Origin: Eutreptiella sp. 'Long Island Sound 2002'
Taxonomy: Eukaryota; Protista; Euglenida
Reading direction: 5' to 3'
Length of the DNA stretch: 64,000 nucleotides
NCBI GenBank assembly: GCA_964036045.1
Contig: OZ038378.1
Coordinates: 95,976,001-96,040,000, forward strand
In this document: piece by piece, positions 11,746 to 23,800 of the stretch
Position numbering within the stretch: position 1 is the stretch's first letter
Layout: every line of letters starts with the position of its first letter
Notes under the pieces: generated by a model
The model's database searches: none
Told to the model about the DNA's origin: nothing
The model's input: only the letters and a program-made list of their open reading frames with translations
Position numbers and translations under genes: made by a program

Positions 11746-12325
11746 CGACTGGACCCCCACTACGTGGTTCGTAGATGTGTATGGTATATATTGTTCTTGA
11801 GCACTTCATGGTGCTGAAATTTCTTTTGGGGGGCTCGGGCCACAGATTGCAGCGTGCTGTGCACTTCCTGGGCCACCACTTTTTGCCCTGCTGTGTGCCT
11901 TTCTTTCACACGTAAACGTGCCGTGATTCTGGCCGTGTACCAATTGCAGTTGTATGTTACTTTGAAAATATTCACGGAGCTGAATTTTTTCAAGGCGGCC
12001 AGGGGCCACCACTTTCAGCTCTGATGTGCGCCTTTTTTTCACACAAGCCAGGGGCCAGCACTTTCAGCCCTGTTGTGGGCCTGTGTTCAAGACCAGGGCC
12101 AACTCTGGCCCCTGTGGTATGTTGCGCCTTTTTTTTTTCAAGCAGGCCAGAGGCCACCTCTTCCAGCCCTGTTATGGGCCTGTGTCAACAACACGTGGGG
12201 GAGCAGGGCCAGATCTTGCCCCTGCGGTATGTTGAGACTGCAAACAATCTTTTTGAAAAACGTATTGGCCTCTTGTGTGGTGCCTGTGTAGTGCCTGTCT
12301 TTAGGTGTGCAGTGACTGGAAGGTA

Positions 12326-12449
12326 ACGGAGAGCTGACTGAGAGCTTGCTGAGCGCTCACTGAGCGCGCGAAACGGCGCAATGAGCGCTCACCGAGCGCT
12401 CACCGAGCGCTCCGTGAGTGCGCCAAACGGCTCAGAGAGCTCTCAGTTG
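12326..12449. mobile_element. Palindromic MITE-like element, same family as 9841-10018
   Basis: GAGAGCTGACTGAG start; AGCTCTCAGTTG end (12438-12449) is the exact reverse complement of 9841-9852. Confidence 0.65.
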
Positions 12450-12619
12450 GGTGGATGGCCGCCACAAACTGGTGGTTGTGGGCAGGGGGTGCGAGGGGGA
12501 TGTGCCAACTACCACCAGGGACTGAAAACAGGGTGTGTGTGTGCCAGGGCGGTGAGGGGGGGGGGCTGCAGCGCATATTATCGCATCAACCGGGGGGAGG
12601 GGGGCATGAAAGGGGGCAT

Positions 12620-12720
12620 GATGGGACAAACACCCTGGCGGCGTCCCCGGGGGGGGTATGACGGGACAAACACCCCGGCGGCATCCCCGGGGGGGGGGGG
12701 TGATGGGACAAACACCCTGG
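12620..12720 (+). repeat. Three ~40-bp tandem units
   Basis: GATGGGACAAACACCC...GGCGGC-TCCCCGGGGG repeated three times. Confidence 0.8.
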
Positions 12721-12846
12721 TGCAACCCCACTACCCCACCCCGACGAAGAGTGTCAATCCTGCAGGGGCAAGGGGGGGGAAGGCTAGGGACAACAATCAA
12801 GGGGAAACAGGTGGGGGGGATAGCAAAGAGATGTGAACAGAGATAA

Positions 12847-13335
12847 GTGTGCCGCAAGCACGGGGACTGCATGTGGCACTACACCTATGCCACACGTGCT
12901 ACACGCAATTTGGCTGACCGACAAGCCCCGTGTGAGGACACTGTGGTCGAACCAGATGGTAGTCCTGCTCAGCATGGTGGCAACCATGACTTCTTCACTT
13001 TCCGAAGGGGCATGGACTGTGCAGTGTACAGGCAGTCTATGCGCATCTGGTGCAACACATGTATGGTTTGCCACACATGCTTTGTCAAGGATCCAAGACC
13101 GTGTGCTGAAGCAGTGTTGCAGGTTGTGGATGATGCAGCCGAGGTTGCTAAAAATAACAGTGAAGAGGAAGCAGTGGCACCACGGAACTCCGACCCAAAG
13201 TGTGCCTTGGCCCGTGCACAGGCCAAGCTGGTATGTGCCGCAAAGGCAGCCACATTGCGTGACTGGACGTGCGCTCACATCTGTGATTGCTTGGGTGCCA
13301 CGGGTGTGAAGGTGCCATATAACATGAACCGGTGA
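12847..13335 (+). pseudogene. Cys-rich ORF fragment, probably TE-derived
   Basis: CRKHGDC and WCNTCMVCHTC motifs. No family recognised. Confidence 0.25.
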
Positions 13336-14184
13336 CAAAGCGCAGGACATTGCTATGCAACAAGCATTACCTTTGCTAGCCCAAATGGACTGTGATTGGG
13401 TCCCCCCAACGGATCGTGTTACCCGTTCTGCTGCACCACCCAGCAGCTGACAACCATCTTCCTAGGTGCCGGTGGATGACTTGGATGGAGTCATTGATGA
13501 ATGACACAGTTGGGGTTGCAGTGGTATTCTGGTTTTGCATGCTTGCTGTGCCAATCCCCATGGTACCCATGTTCTCCTTCTCTGCAGGTCCATTCATAAA
13601 TTAGCAACCATCAGCATGAATTGTACTTTTTATTTTCTGTCCGATGTTTTGCTCTAACGTTTTCCCATTTCCCTTCGTTTTCCCTTTCCCACATTTTCCC
13701 CAATCCCCCATTTCCCAAGAGGTTTGGGTGTTTTTTTTTGGGGGGGGGTCACTTTTGCCACATTTTCCCCAGAATTGCCTTTCCCACCTTTTCAGGCCCC
13801 TTATTTTCCACAACCCATCATTTTCTTGAACTGAACGGTTGTGTGTTTGGGGGGGGGGGGACCCTTGTATCAGACTTTTCCTAGAGTTCCCTTCTCCACA
13901 TGTTCCATTCCAACCCCCCCTGTTTTCCCCAACCAACACTTTTCCTGAGGCGAAGTCGTTGTGTGTTTTTGGGGGGCGCTGGCACTGCACTTTTATCACC
14001 ATTTCCTTGATGTGGAGTTGCTGTGTCTCGCTTGGGGGGGGGGGTCTGCACTCTTATCACCATTTTGCTGAACTCAATTTCCTGTGTTTCTAGGGGGAGG
14101 GGGGGGGGCTGCACTTTTATCAAACTTTTTCTTGGATGTGCTGTAATATGGGTCTGTGACGCAACATGCCAAATCTGACTTCAC

Positions 14185-17100
14185 ACTTCAGACTTTATAC
14201 CCGTAGCTGTCCCCCCTAGCAGCTTGGTAGTGCGTTGCAGGAGTTGCACTGCCCACTGTCCCAAGGCGGTGTGGGAGTGCGCTGCAGGAGTTGCACTGCC
14301 AGCTGCCCCAAGGTAGTCATGCAGTGCAATGCACGAGTTGCATTGAGCACTGCCCCCGGGCAATGAGGCAGTGCCATGCATGAATTGCGACGCCCACTAC
14401 CCCTAGGCAGTGCGGCGATGAAATTCACGACTTCCACTGCCCACTGCCCCCTGGCAGCTTGGTAGTGCGTTGCAGGAATTGCACTACCCCCCCCCCCCCA
14501 AGGCGGTGTGGCAGTGCGCTGCAGGATTTGCAATGCCCAGTGCCCCAAGGCAGTGGGGGAGTGTGCTGCAGGAGTTGCACTTCCCACTCCCCTGAAGCAG
14601 TGTGGTACTGTGTTGCAGGAGTTGCGCTGCCCATTGCCCCCAGGCAGTGAGGAGTTTGTCGCAGGAGTTGCACTGCCCACAGCCCTAGGGCGGTGTGGCA
14701 GCGCACTGCGGGAGTTGCGTTGCCCGCTACTCCAAGGCACTCATGCAGTGCATGGCGCGAGTTGCATTGACCACTGCCCCCGGGCTGTGAGGGTGTGTCA
14801 TGCATGAATTGCCCTGCCCACTACCCGCAGGCACTGCGGCGGTGAAATGCCGGATTGCCAGTGCCCACTCCCCGCTGGCTGTTTGGTAGTGTGTTGCACG
14901 AGTTGCACTGCCCACTGCTCTGAGGCGGTGTGGCAGTGCGATGCAGGAGTTGCACTGCCCACTGCCCCAAGGCAGTCCTGCAGTGCATTACACGAGTTGC
15001 ATTGAGCTGTGCCCTCGGGCAGTGAGGGAGTGCCATGCATGAATCGCACTGCCCGCGGCCCCCACGCAGTGAGGCAATGTGTTGCACGAGTTGCACTGCC
15101 TACTGCCCTCAGGCGGTGTGGCAGTGCGTTGCAGGATTTGCACTACCCACTGCCCGTAGGCAGTCAGGCGGTGCATTGCAGGAGTTCCGTTGCCCACTGC
15201 CCCCAAGCAATGAGGTAGTGCGATGCGGGAGTTGCACTGCCCACTGCCCCCACACAGTGAGTTAGTGCATTGCAGGAGTTCCACTGCCCACCGGCACCAG
15301 GCAGTGAGGCAGTGCATTGCATGAGTGCAGTGCCCACTGCCCCCAAGCAGTGAGGTAGTGCGTTGCACGACTTGCACTGCCCACTGCCAGGGGTGCAATG
15401 CTGGAGTTGTACTGCCCACTTCCCCAGGCAGCTGCCGCGGTGAAATGCAGGAGTTGCACTGGCCACTGCCCCCATGCAGTGTGGCAGTGTACTGCATGAT
15501 TTCCGCTGCCCACCGCCCCCCGGCAGTGTGGTGGTGTGTTGCGGTGATTGCACTGCCCACGGCCCTAAGGCGGTGTGGCGGTGTATTGCAAGAGTTGCAC
15601 TGCCCGCCGCCCCAGGCAGTCCGGCAATGCATTGCAAGAGTTCCACTGCCCGCTGCCCCCGTGTGGTATCAGTGAGGCATTGCGCTGCGGGAGTTGCACT
15701 GCTCAATGCCCCCAGGCGGTGAGGTATTGTATTGCAGCAGTTGCACAGCCCGCTGCCCCCAGACAGTGAGGTAGTTCGTTGCAGGAGTGGCAATACCCAG
15801 AGGCCCCAGGCAGCGAGGTGGTGAAATGCGGGAGTTGCATTGCCCAATGACCCCGGCTAGTGAGGCATTGTATTGCAGGAGTTGCGCTACCTATTGCCCC
15901 GGGCAGTGAGGCAGTGCACTGCGGGACTTGCACTGCCCACTGCCCCCAGACAATGAGGCAGTGTATTGCATGAGTTTCACTGCCCACTACCCCCAGACGG
16001 TGAGGCAGTGTATTACAGAAGTTCCACCGCCCACTGCCTCCAAGCAGTGAGGCAGTGCACTGCAGGCGTTGCACGGCCCACTGCCCCAGGGGGTGGGTCA
16101 CTATATTATAGCCTTCCACTGCCCACTGCCCCCAGGAAGGGAGGCAGTGTATTGCAGGAGTTGCACTGCCCTTTGCCCCCAGGTAGTGAGGCACTGTATT
16201 GCAGGAGTTCCACTGCCCATTGCCCCTAGGCAGTGAGGCAATGCACTGTAGGACTTGTATTGCCCCTTGCCCTAGCGCTTGAGGCAGTGCATTGCAGGAG
16301 TTCCACTCCCCATGGCCCCCGCGCGGTGAGGTAGTGCATTGCAGGAGTTCCACCGCCCACTGCCCCCGGGCAGTGAGGCAGTTTATTGCAGGAGTTCCAG
16401 TGCTTGCTACACCCAGGCAGTGAGACAGTGCGTTGTAGTAGTTCCACTGCCCATTGCCTCCACGCAATGGGGTAGTGCATGGCACGAGTTGCACTACCCA
16501 CTGCCCCCAGGCAAAGAGGCAGTGTATTGCAGGAGTTGCACTGCCCTTTGCCCCCAGGTAGTGAGGCACTGTATTGCAGCAGTTCCACTGCCCATTGCCC
16601 CCGGGGCAGCGAGGCAGTGCACTGCACGACTTGCACTACCCCTTGCCCTAGGGACCGAGGCCTTGCATTGCAGGAGTTCTACTGCCCATTGCCTCTAGGC
16701 AATGGGGCAGTGCATGGCAGGAGTTGCACTACCCACTGCCCCCAGGCAGTGAGGCAGTGTGTTGCAGGAGTTCCACTGCCCACTGCCCCCAGGCAAAGAA
16801 GTAGTGCATTGCAACAAGAGCGGCAGCTCCATTGCCTAGTGCCCCCAAGCAGCGAGGCAATGTTTAACAAGAGTTTCACTGCCCACTGCCCCCCGGCGAG
16901 GAGGCAGTGTATTGGAGGAATTGCACTGCCCACTGCCCCGAGGCAGCGAGGCAGTGCATTGCAGAAATTCCAATGCACACTGCCCCCATCAGCGAGGCAG
17001 TGCATTGCAAGAGTTGCAATGCCCACTGCCTCCAGGCAGTGAGGCAGTCTATTGCAGGAGTCCCAGTGCTTGCTGCACCTAGGCAGTGAGACAATGCGTT

Positions 17101-18130
17101 GTAGTAGTTCCAATGCCCATTGCCTCCACGCAATGGGGCAGTGCATGGCACGAGTTGCACTACCCACTGCCCCCAGGCAATGAGGCAGTGTATTGCAGGA
17201 GTTGCACTGCCCTTTGCCCCCAGGTAGTGAGGCACTGTATTGCAGGAGTTGCACTGCCCACTGCCCCCAGGCAGTGAGGCAGTGCACTGCACGACTTGCA
17301 CTGCCCCTTGCCCTAGGGACTGAGGCCTTGTATTGCAGGAGTTCCACTGCCCATTGCCTCCAAGCAATGAGGCAGTGCATGGCAGGAGTTGCACTACCCA
17401 CTGCCCCCAGGCAGCGAGGCAGTGTATTGCACGAGTTCCACTGCCCACTGCCCCTAGGCAAAGAAGTAGTGCATTGCAACAAGAGCGGGAGCTCCATTGC
17501 CCAATGCCCCCAAGCAGTGAGGCAGTGTTTAACAAGAGTTCCACTGCCCATAGCCCCCTGGCGATGATACAGTGTATTGGAGGAGTTGCACTGACCATTG
17601 CCCCCAGGCAGTGAAGCAGTGCATTGTAGAAATTCCAATGCACACTGCCCTCATGCAGCAAGGCAGTGCATTGCAGGAGTTGCAATGCCCACTGCCCCCA
17701 CGCATTGAGGCTGTCTATTGCACGAGTTCCACTGCCCACTGCCCGCTGGCAATGAGGAAGTGCATTGCAGGGGTTGCGCTGCTCACTGTTCCCAACCCGA
17801 GAAGCAGTGCATTGCAACAGGAGCGGGAGCTCCACAACCCACTGCCCTCAGGTAGTGAGGCCATTTTTAACAGGAGTTCCGCTACTGTCGCCCCCCGGGC
17901 GGTGAGGCAGTGTATTGCAGGAGTTGCACTACCCACTTTCCTCAGGCAGTGAGGCAGTGGTTGCATGAGTTGCACAACCCACTGCCCCAAGGCAGTGAGG
18001 CAGTGCACTGCAGGAGTTCCACTGCCCACTGCCCCTAGGCAGTGAGGAAGTGCGTAGCAACAGTTCCACTGCCCACAGCCTCCAGGCGGTGTGGCAGTGC
18101 GTTGCAAGAGTTCCACTGCCCACTGCCCTC
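14185..18130 (+). repeat. 47-bp minisatellite array, about 84 degenerate units
   Basis: Unit GCAGGAGTTGCACTGCCCACTGCCCCCAGGCAGTGAGGCAGTGTATT with period 47 (17195 to 17242). It contains an internal CACTGCC/GGCAGTG inverted pair. Confidence 0.95.
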
Positions 18131-20045
18131 TGCCCACAACTATAGTGGAGCAGGGCACACACAGTGCAGTGCAGTGCAGTGCACAACACCAAGCAATGCG
18201 GCACAACACAGAAAGCACTAATGGTGCAGCGCGGCACGCACGGTGTAATGGGCCTATGAGACCCTGTGTCACTGCGCATAGGTGTCCGCAGTGCAACGCC
18301 GGCCAAGTGCGAGTGTGCACTGGTCCAGCTATGCAACACGCACTAGCACACAGCGCGCACTTAGACACACTGCACTCCCGTTTACTTGTACCCGTGGGTA
18401 GACATCCCGGCCGTTGCCTTTTGGTAACAGTGCCTTCGGCACACCACACCACACTCCACTGCACCGGTGAGCCGTCATCGTGGGGATGTTGTCAATGGGG
18501 TGCGCCGTAATGTGGCGCCGCTGGTCACTATCGAACCAGTTGAGGGGGAGGCCGCTACCCAAGGTGTAATTTGCCCGCCATCGGGATTCATAACCGACCC
18601 CCGCCGGTATGTAGGCACAATCTTGCCACCAATCTCTCAGCGCCGTTGGGGAGAGCTGTCACTGGTCCCGGTAGGTCGCCGGGGGAGAAAGGAGAAAGGG
18701 CGTCGGAGGAGCCATGTCAAGTCCGCTTCCGGCAGCTCTTGGGTCGCTGCATCTACGCGGATATTTAGATCCGTTATATGGGTATACGAGTGTATGGGGG
18801 AGGGGACGGGGAGGCTTTGCCGAACCGTCCTCACTAGGCGTCGCTCGCTGTTCCTGAAGCCTGAGCGTCTGGTACTAGGGAGCCGCGGGCTCCCCGGCCG
18901 GTGTTTGGCATTGCGGCGCGCGCATACCCGACACTGTTAGTACCCCACCCATTGGGCGGAGCGCGGGCACTGTCCTTTGGGGCTTCGCACCCCGCACGTG
19001 GCCATTGGGTGGAGATGGGGAGTACTTAGGGTGTGGTGGGGTGCAGTGCAGTGTGGTGTGGTGAGCCGAAGGCACTGTTACCAAAAGGCAACGGCCGGGA
19101 TGTCTACCCACGGGTATAGGTAAAGGGGAGTGCAGTGTGTCTAAGTGCGCGCTGTGTGCTAGTGTGTTGTTGCATAGCCGGACCAGTGCACACTCGCACT
19201 TGGCCGGCGTTGCACTGCGGACACCTATGCGCAGTCACACAGGGTCTCATAGGCCCATTACACCGTGCGTGCCGCGCTGCACCATTAGTGCTTTCTGTGT
19301 TGTGCCGCATTGCTTGGTGTTGTGCACTGCACTGCACTGCACTGTGTGTGCCCTGCTGCATTGTAGTTGTTGGCAGAGGGCAGTGGGCAGTTGAACTCTT
19401 GCAACGCACTGCCACACCGCCTGGAGGCTGTGGGCAGTGCAACTGTTGCTACGCCCTTCCTTACTGCCTAGGGGCAGTGGGCAGTGGAACTCCTGCAGTG
19501 CACTGCCTCACTAGCTTGGGGCAGTGGGTTGTGCAACTCATGCAACCACACCCTCACTGCCTGGGGGAAGTGGGTAGTGCAATTCCTGCAATACACTGCC
19601 TCACCGCCCGGGGGGCGACAGTAGCGGAACTCCTGTTAAAAATGGCCTCGCTCCCTGAGGGCAGTGGGTTGTGGAGCTCCCGCTCCTGTTGCAATGCACT
19701 GCTTCTCGGGTTGGGGGGAGTGAGCAGCGCAACCCCTGCAATGCACTTCCTCATTTCCCGGCGGGCAGTGGGCAGGGGAACTCCTGCAATAGACTGCCTC
19801 ACTGCGTGGGGGCAGTGGGCATTGCAACTCCTGCAATGCACTGCCTTGCTGCATGGGGGCAGTGTGCGTTGGAATTTCTGCAATGCACTGCCTCATTGCC
19901 TGGGGGCAGTGGTCAGTGCAATTCCTCCAATACACTGCCTCATCGCCAGGCAGTGGGAAGTGGAACTCATGTTAAACACTGCCTCACTGCTTGGGGGCAC
20001 TGGGCAATGGAGCTCCCGCTCCTGTTGCAATGCACTACTTCTTTG
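17470..20045. repeat. Long inverted repeat (arms ~1 kb, 17470-18465 and 19030-20045) with ~570-bp spacer
   Basis: The minus-strand ORF 17715-18464 and plus-strand ORF 19135-20064 translate to nearly identical text, including the unique 330-bp non-satellite part. Confidence 0.9.
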
Positions 20046-20890
20046 CCACTGCCCCTTGCCCTAGGGACTGAGGCCTTGCATTGCAAAGATTCTACTGCCC
20101 ATTGCCTCCAGGCAATGGGGCAGTGCATGGCAGGAGTTGCACTACCCACTGACCCCAGGCAGTGAGGCAGCGTATTGCAGGAGTTCCATTGCCCACTGCC
20201 CCTAGGCAAGTGGTGCATTGCACTGCCTCACTGCCTGGGGGCAGGGGCAGTGCAACTCCTGCAATACAGTGCCTCACTACCAGGGGACAAACGGTAGTGC
20301 AACTCCTGCAATACACTGCCTCAATGCCTGGGGGCAGTGGGTAGTGCAACTCGTGCCATGCACTGCCCCATTGCGTGGAGGCAATGGGCAGTGGAACTAC
20401 TACAACGCACTGTCTCGCTGCCTGGGTGCACCAAGCACTGGAACTTCTGCAATAAACTGCCTGACTGCCTGGGGGCAGTGGGCGATGGAACTCCTGCAAT
20501 GCACTACCTCACCGCGCGGGGGCCATGGGGACTGGAACTCCTGCAATGCACTGCCTCAAGCCCTAGGGCAAGGGGCAGTGCAAGTATTGCAGTGCACTGC
20601 CTCACTGCCTGGGGGCAAGGGGCAGTGGAACTCCTGCAATACACTGCCACACCGCCTGGAGGCTGTGGGCAGTGCAACTGTTGCTACGCACTTCCTCACT
20701 GCCTAGGGGTAGTGGGCAGTGGAACTTTTGCAGTGCACTGCCTCACTGCCTTGGGGCAGTGGGTTGTGCAACTCATGCAACCACTGCCCCACTGCCTGGG
20801 GGAAGTGGGTAGTGCAACTCTTGCAATACACTGCCTCACCGCTCGGGGTGCGTGGGTAGCGGAACTCCTGTTGAAAATGGCCTCACTGCC
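19370..20890 (-). repeat. 47-bp minisatellite array in inverted orientation
   Basis: Reverse complement of the 14185-18130 unit. Confidence 0.9.
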
Positions 20891-22379
20891 CCCTAGTCCT
20901 AACCGCCCAGGCTCTGGGAACGGCCAGGAACGTCTAAGCAGGATCGTTTCGCTAAGCCTCCCAATGCCCTCCCCCATATACGCTCGGCTCAGCATGCACC
21001 TCCCCCCTACCACCGCCCCAGCGAATCCTCCACCACCCCCCCCAGTGCCTAGCCGCACCCCCTGCCCCGCACGAGCAGCGGTCGTGCGAGAGGTAGCAGT
21101 GCCTACCTGTGGCCCGGCCGGTAGCCACCAAGGGCCGGGAGAAGAACTTGCCTCCATGGGCCCGCCCAAACTAATTGCCCCTCACGTGGACTGGCCATCG
21201 GAATCGAAGCCCCCCAAAGTGGGAAGGGTCCCAGCGGGAGTGGGTAGTGGGGAGAGCACGGCCACGCGTAGGGCACGAGGGATGGCTTCGGAATGCCGCC
21301 CCTCCCCCCTGTGCTCTTGAGCCTGCACTTCAGGTTGGTTCCCTATGTTGGGCGGAACACTTTCAGCCTTGTGGGTCGTGCCCCGTGCCGGGTGGATCGG
21401 TCCAGAAAATGGGCAGGGGTCCCAAGAACCCAACTGTTCCATTGCGCTGTCCTATCTTGCTTTTCTTGGTTATTGCGGCCACCTGTCCGACTCCCCACCA
21501 TGGTAATGGTAACATCAACCTTGTTTCAGTATGGGTAAGGTAGAAGCCCCACGGCCACCACCACGGTGCCCACACTAGAGGGGGCGTCCGGGAGGGGTAA
21601 CAGCCCCTTGAAAATCCAAAGGCAGCCCCAATGGTCAACGCACCACCAGAGAGGGCATGTTTGCAGGGTAACAAACTACACCGAGTAGTAAATTTGACAT
21701 CCCGCACTACTGCCATATTTGATGCTCAAAAAGTTACAAGGCCTCCCCCATGTCTTGTTAAGTGCGCCCCCAGAAGCGGACTCAACAGGCCGCAATGAGG
21801 CCAAACCAGTTCACCTAGGTATCGGGGGCCAGACAAAATTGGCGGTTGTCAAACCTCTACGCATCTCCGTGGGGTTGAACTGCCCAAGGTGGCCCTAAGT
21901 TTCGTATTTGTTCAGCAGTTAAACCCGGGCACAATTTAGGGGGTCTCATTGAAGGGAGTCGCACCCGCTACTGGTTGGAGGGGGTGTCGAGGACCTGCTA
22001 CTGCTACCTAGGAATTGTGACCCCTAGTGCTGCTTGTCTACTCTACTTGCTTGCAGCCCCCCATTGGTAGATGGGATACGAACACCTCCCCTAGCGCGCG
22101 AAATGGCGAGGAAGACCTCCCTCAAGGCTACCCCCCCCCCTTTCAAAACCCTCCAACAGTATGTTGCGGATGGGCAAGTCCGATGCACCACAGTTCCGAT
22201 GCCCCATGCGGTGGGTGTGTTGGTCCTGACCCGCGCCGCCTTCCGTTTTTTAGGTGTGTAACCCCCCACCCCATTTGTTTCCCGCGGTCCGGACCTTAGG
22301 TGTCGCGGTTAGGTGTGCTAGGGCACCCGATCGTACAGCAGCGGCGGTGAGGAGTCCGTAGGGTTTGCGGACCCAAGGA

Positions 22380-23800
22380 CACAGCCCCAAGCCCTACGGA
22401 TGGGGGAATCCACGCTACGGAACCTGGGAAACACGGCTAGGCAACGACCACCCACTGGGAAGGACGCCTTGATCCCCCACCTTGTGGGATCGCGCTGATG
22501 GGGGCTCCCCGCCTCTCGTGGGTGTTTCGTAGGCAGCGACCATCGCTTGGGCACGGCTCTCCATCCACGCAGCTGTTGGACCCGCGCTGCTGGGGGCTGT
22601 CATCCCCGATACGCGCTCATTAGGCAGGGACCACCGCTTGGGCATGGCTCCGCGTCCCCATCGGCTAATGGGCATGCGCCGCTGGGGGTTGCCTTCCCCT
22701 GTTGGCACACCGTAGGCAACACCAAGGGCTTGCACAAGAATGCCCGTCCCCTTGCCGGTGGGCCCGCGCCACTGGGGGCCGCCAGCCCCCGTAGGCGCTC
22801 CTCAAGTAGCGACCACCGCCTTGCCAGGACTCCCTCTCCCCCCAGCCATAGGGCATGCGGCACTGGGGGTTGCATTCCCCCGTTGGCGCTCCCTAGGCAG
22901 CGACCACCGCTTGGGGAGGACTGCCCGTGCCCCCAGCCGGTGGGCTTGCACCGCTGGGGGTTGCCTTCCCCATTTCGCACTCCCCAGGCAGCGACCACTA
23001 CTTGGGCGGCACTCCCTGTCCTCCCAGCTAGTTGGTGTCTGCCGCTTAGGGGACCATAGACCGCAGCGGCGCGGGCCCACAAGTTGGGGAGGAAGGGAGT
23101 CCTAGTCAGGCAATGGTCGGTGCCTACGGAGTGCGTATTGGGGATGGCAACCCCCAACAGCGCGGGCCCATCGGCTAGGAGGGCAAGGAGTCTTGCCATG
23201 GCGGTCCTCGCTGCCTTGGGAGCGCCCCTGGGGGATGGCAATCCCTAGTGGCGCGGGCCCATGGGCACGGGAGACGAGGATCCGTGCCCAGGCGGTGGTC
23301 CCTGCCTATGGAGCGCCTATGGGGGACGGCGGCCCCCGTTGGCGCGGGCCCACCGTCAAGGGCGATGGGGAGTCCTGCCTAGGCGGTGGTCATTGCCTAC
23401 GGAGCTCCTCCGGAGAATGGCAACCCCCTCCTGCGTGCTCCTTAGGCAATGACCACCGCCTGGGCAGGACTTCCCGTGCCCCAAGCAAATGGGCCCGCGC
23501 CGCTAGGGGTTGCCATTCCCCGTAGGTGCTCAGTAGGCAGAGACCAACAGCTGGGCGGGACAAGTGGGCCCGCGATGCTGGGCGCTACCGTACTTTGTAG
23601 GTGCTCCCTAGGCGGAGGGCATTGCTGTGGCCGGACTCGCCATTCCCTGAGCCGGTGGGCCTGCACCGTTGGGAGCTGCCATCCCCCATTGGCGCTTCGT
23701 AGGCTATGACCATGGGATGGAGGGCTCTCTTTGTCCCACTAGCCCGCAAGCCCGCGCGGTTAGGAGCCGGGGACCCCGTAGGCACTCCATTGGCTACGAC
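22380..23800. repeat. ~91-bp GC-rich minisatellite with orientation switches
   Basis: GCGACCAC anchor at 22809, 22900 and 22991. Reverse-oriented units run from about 23060 to 23420. Confidence 0.8.

Noticed and set aside
14181-20900. Dozens of Cys/Trp-rich ORFs up to 327 aa
   Set aside because: Translation of a 47-bp repeat cycles through three frames (47 aa per 141 bp) with few stops. They are artefacts of the satellite.
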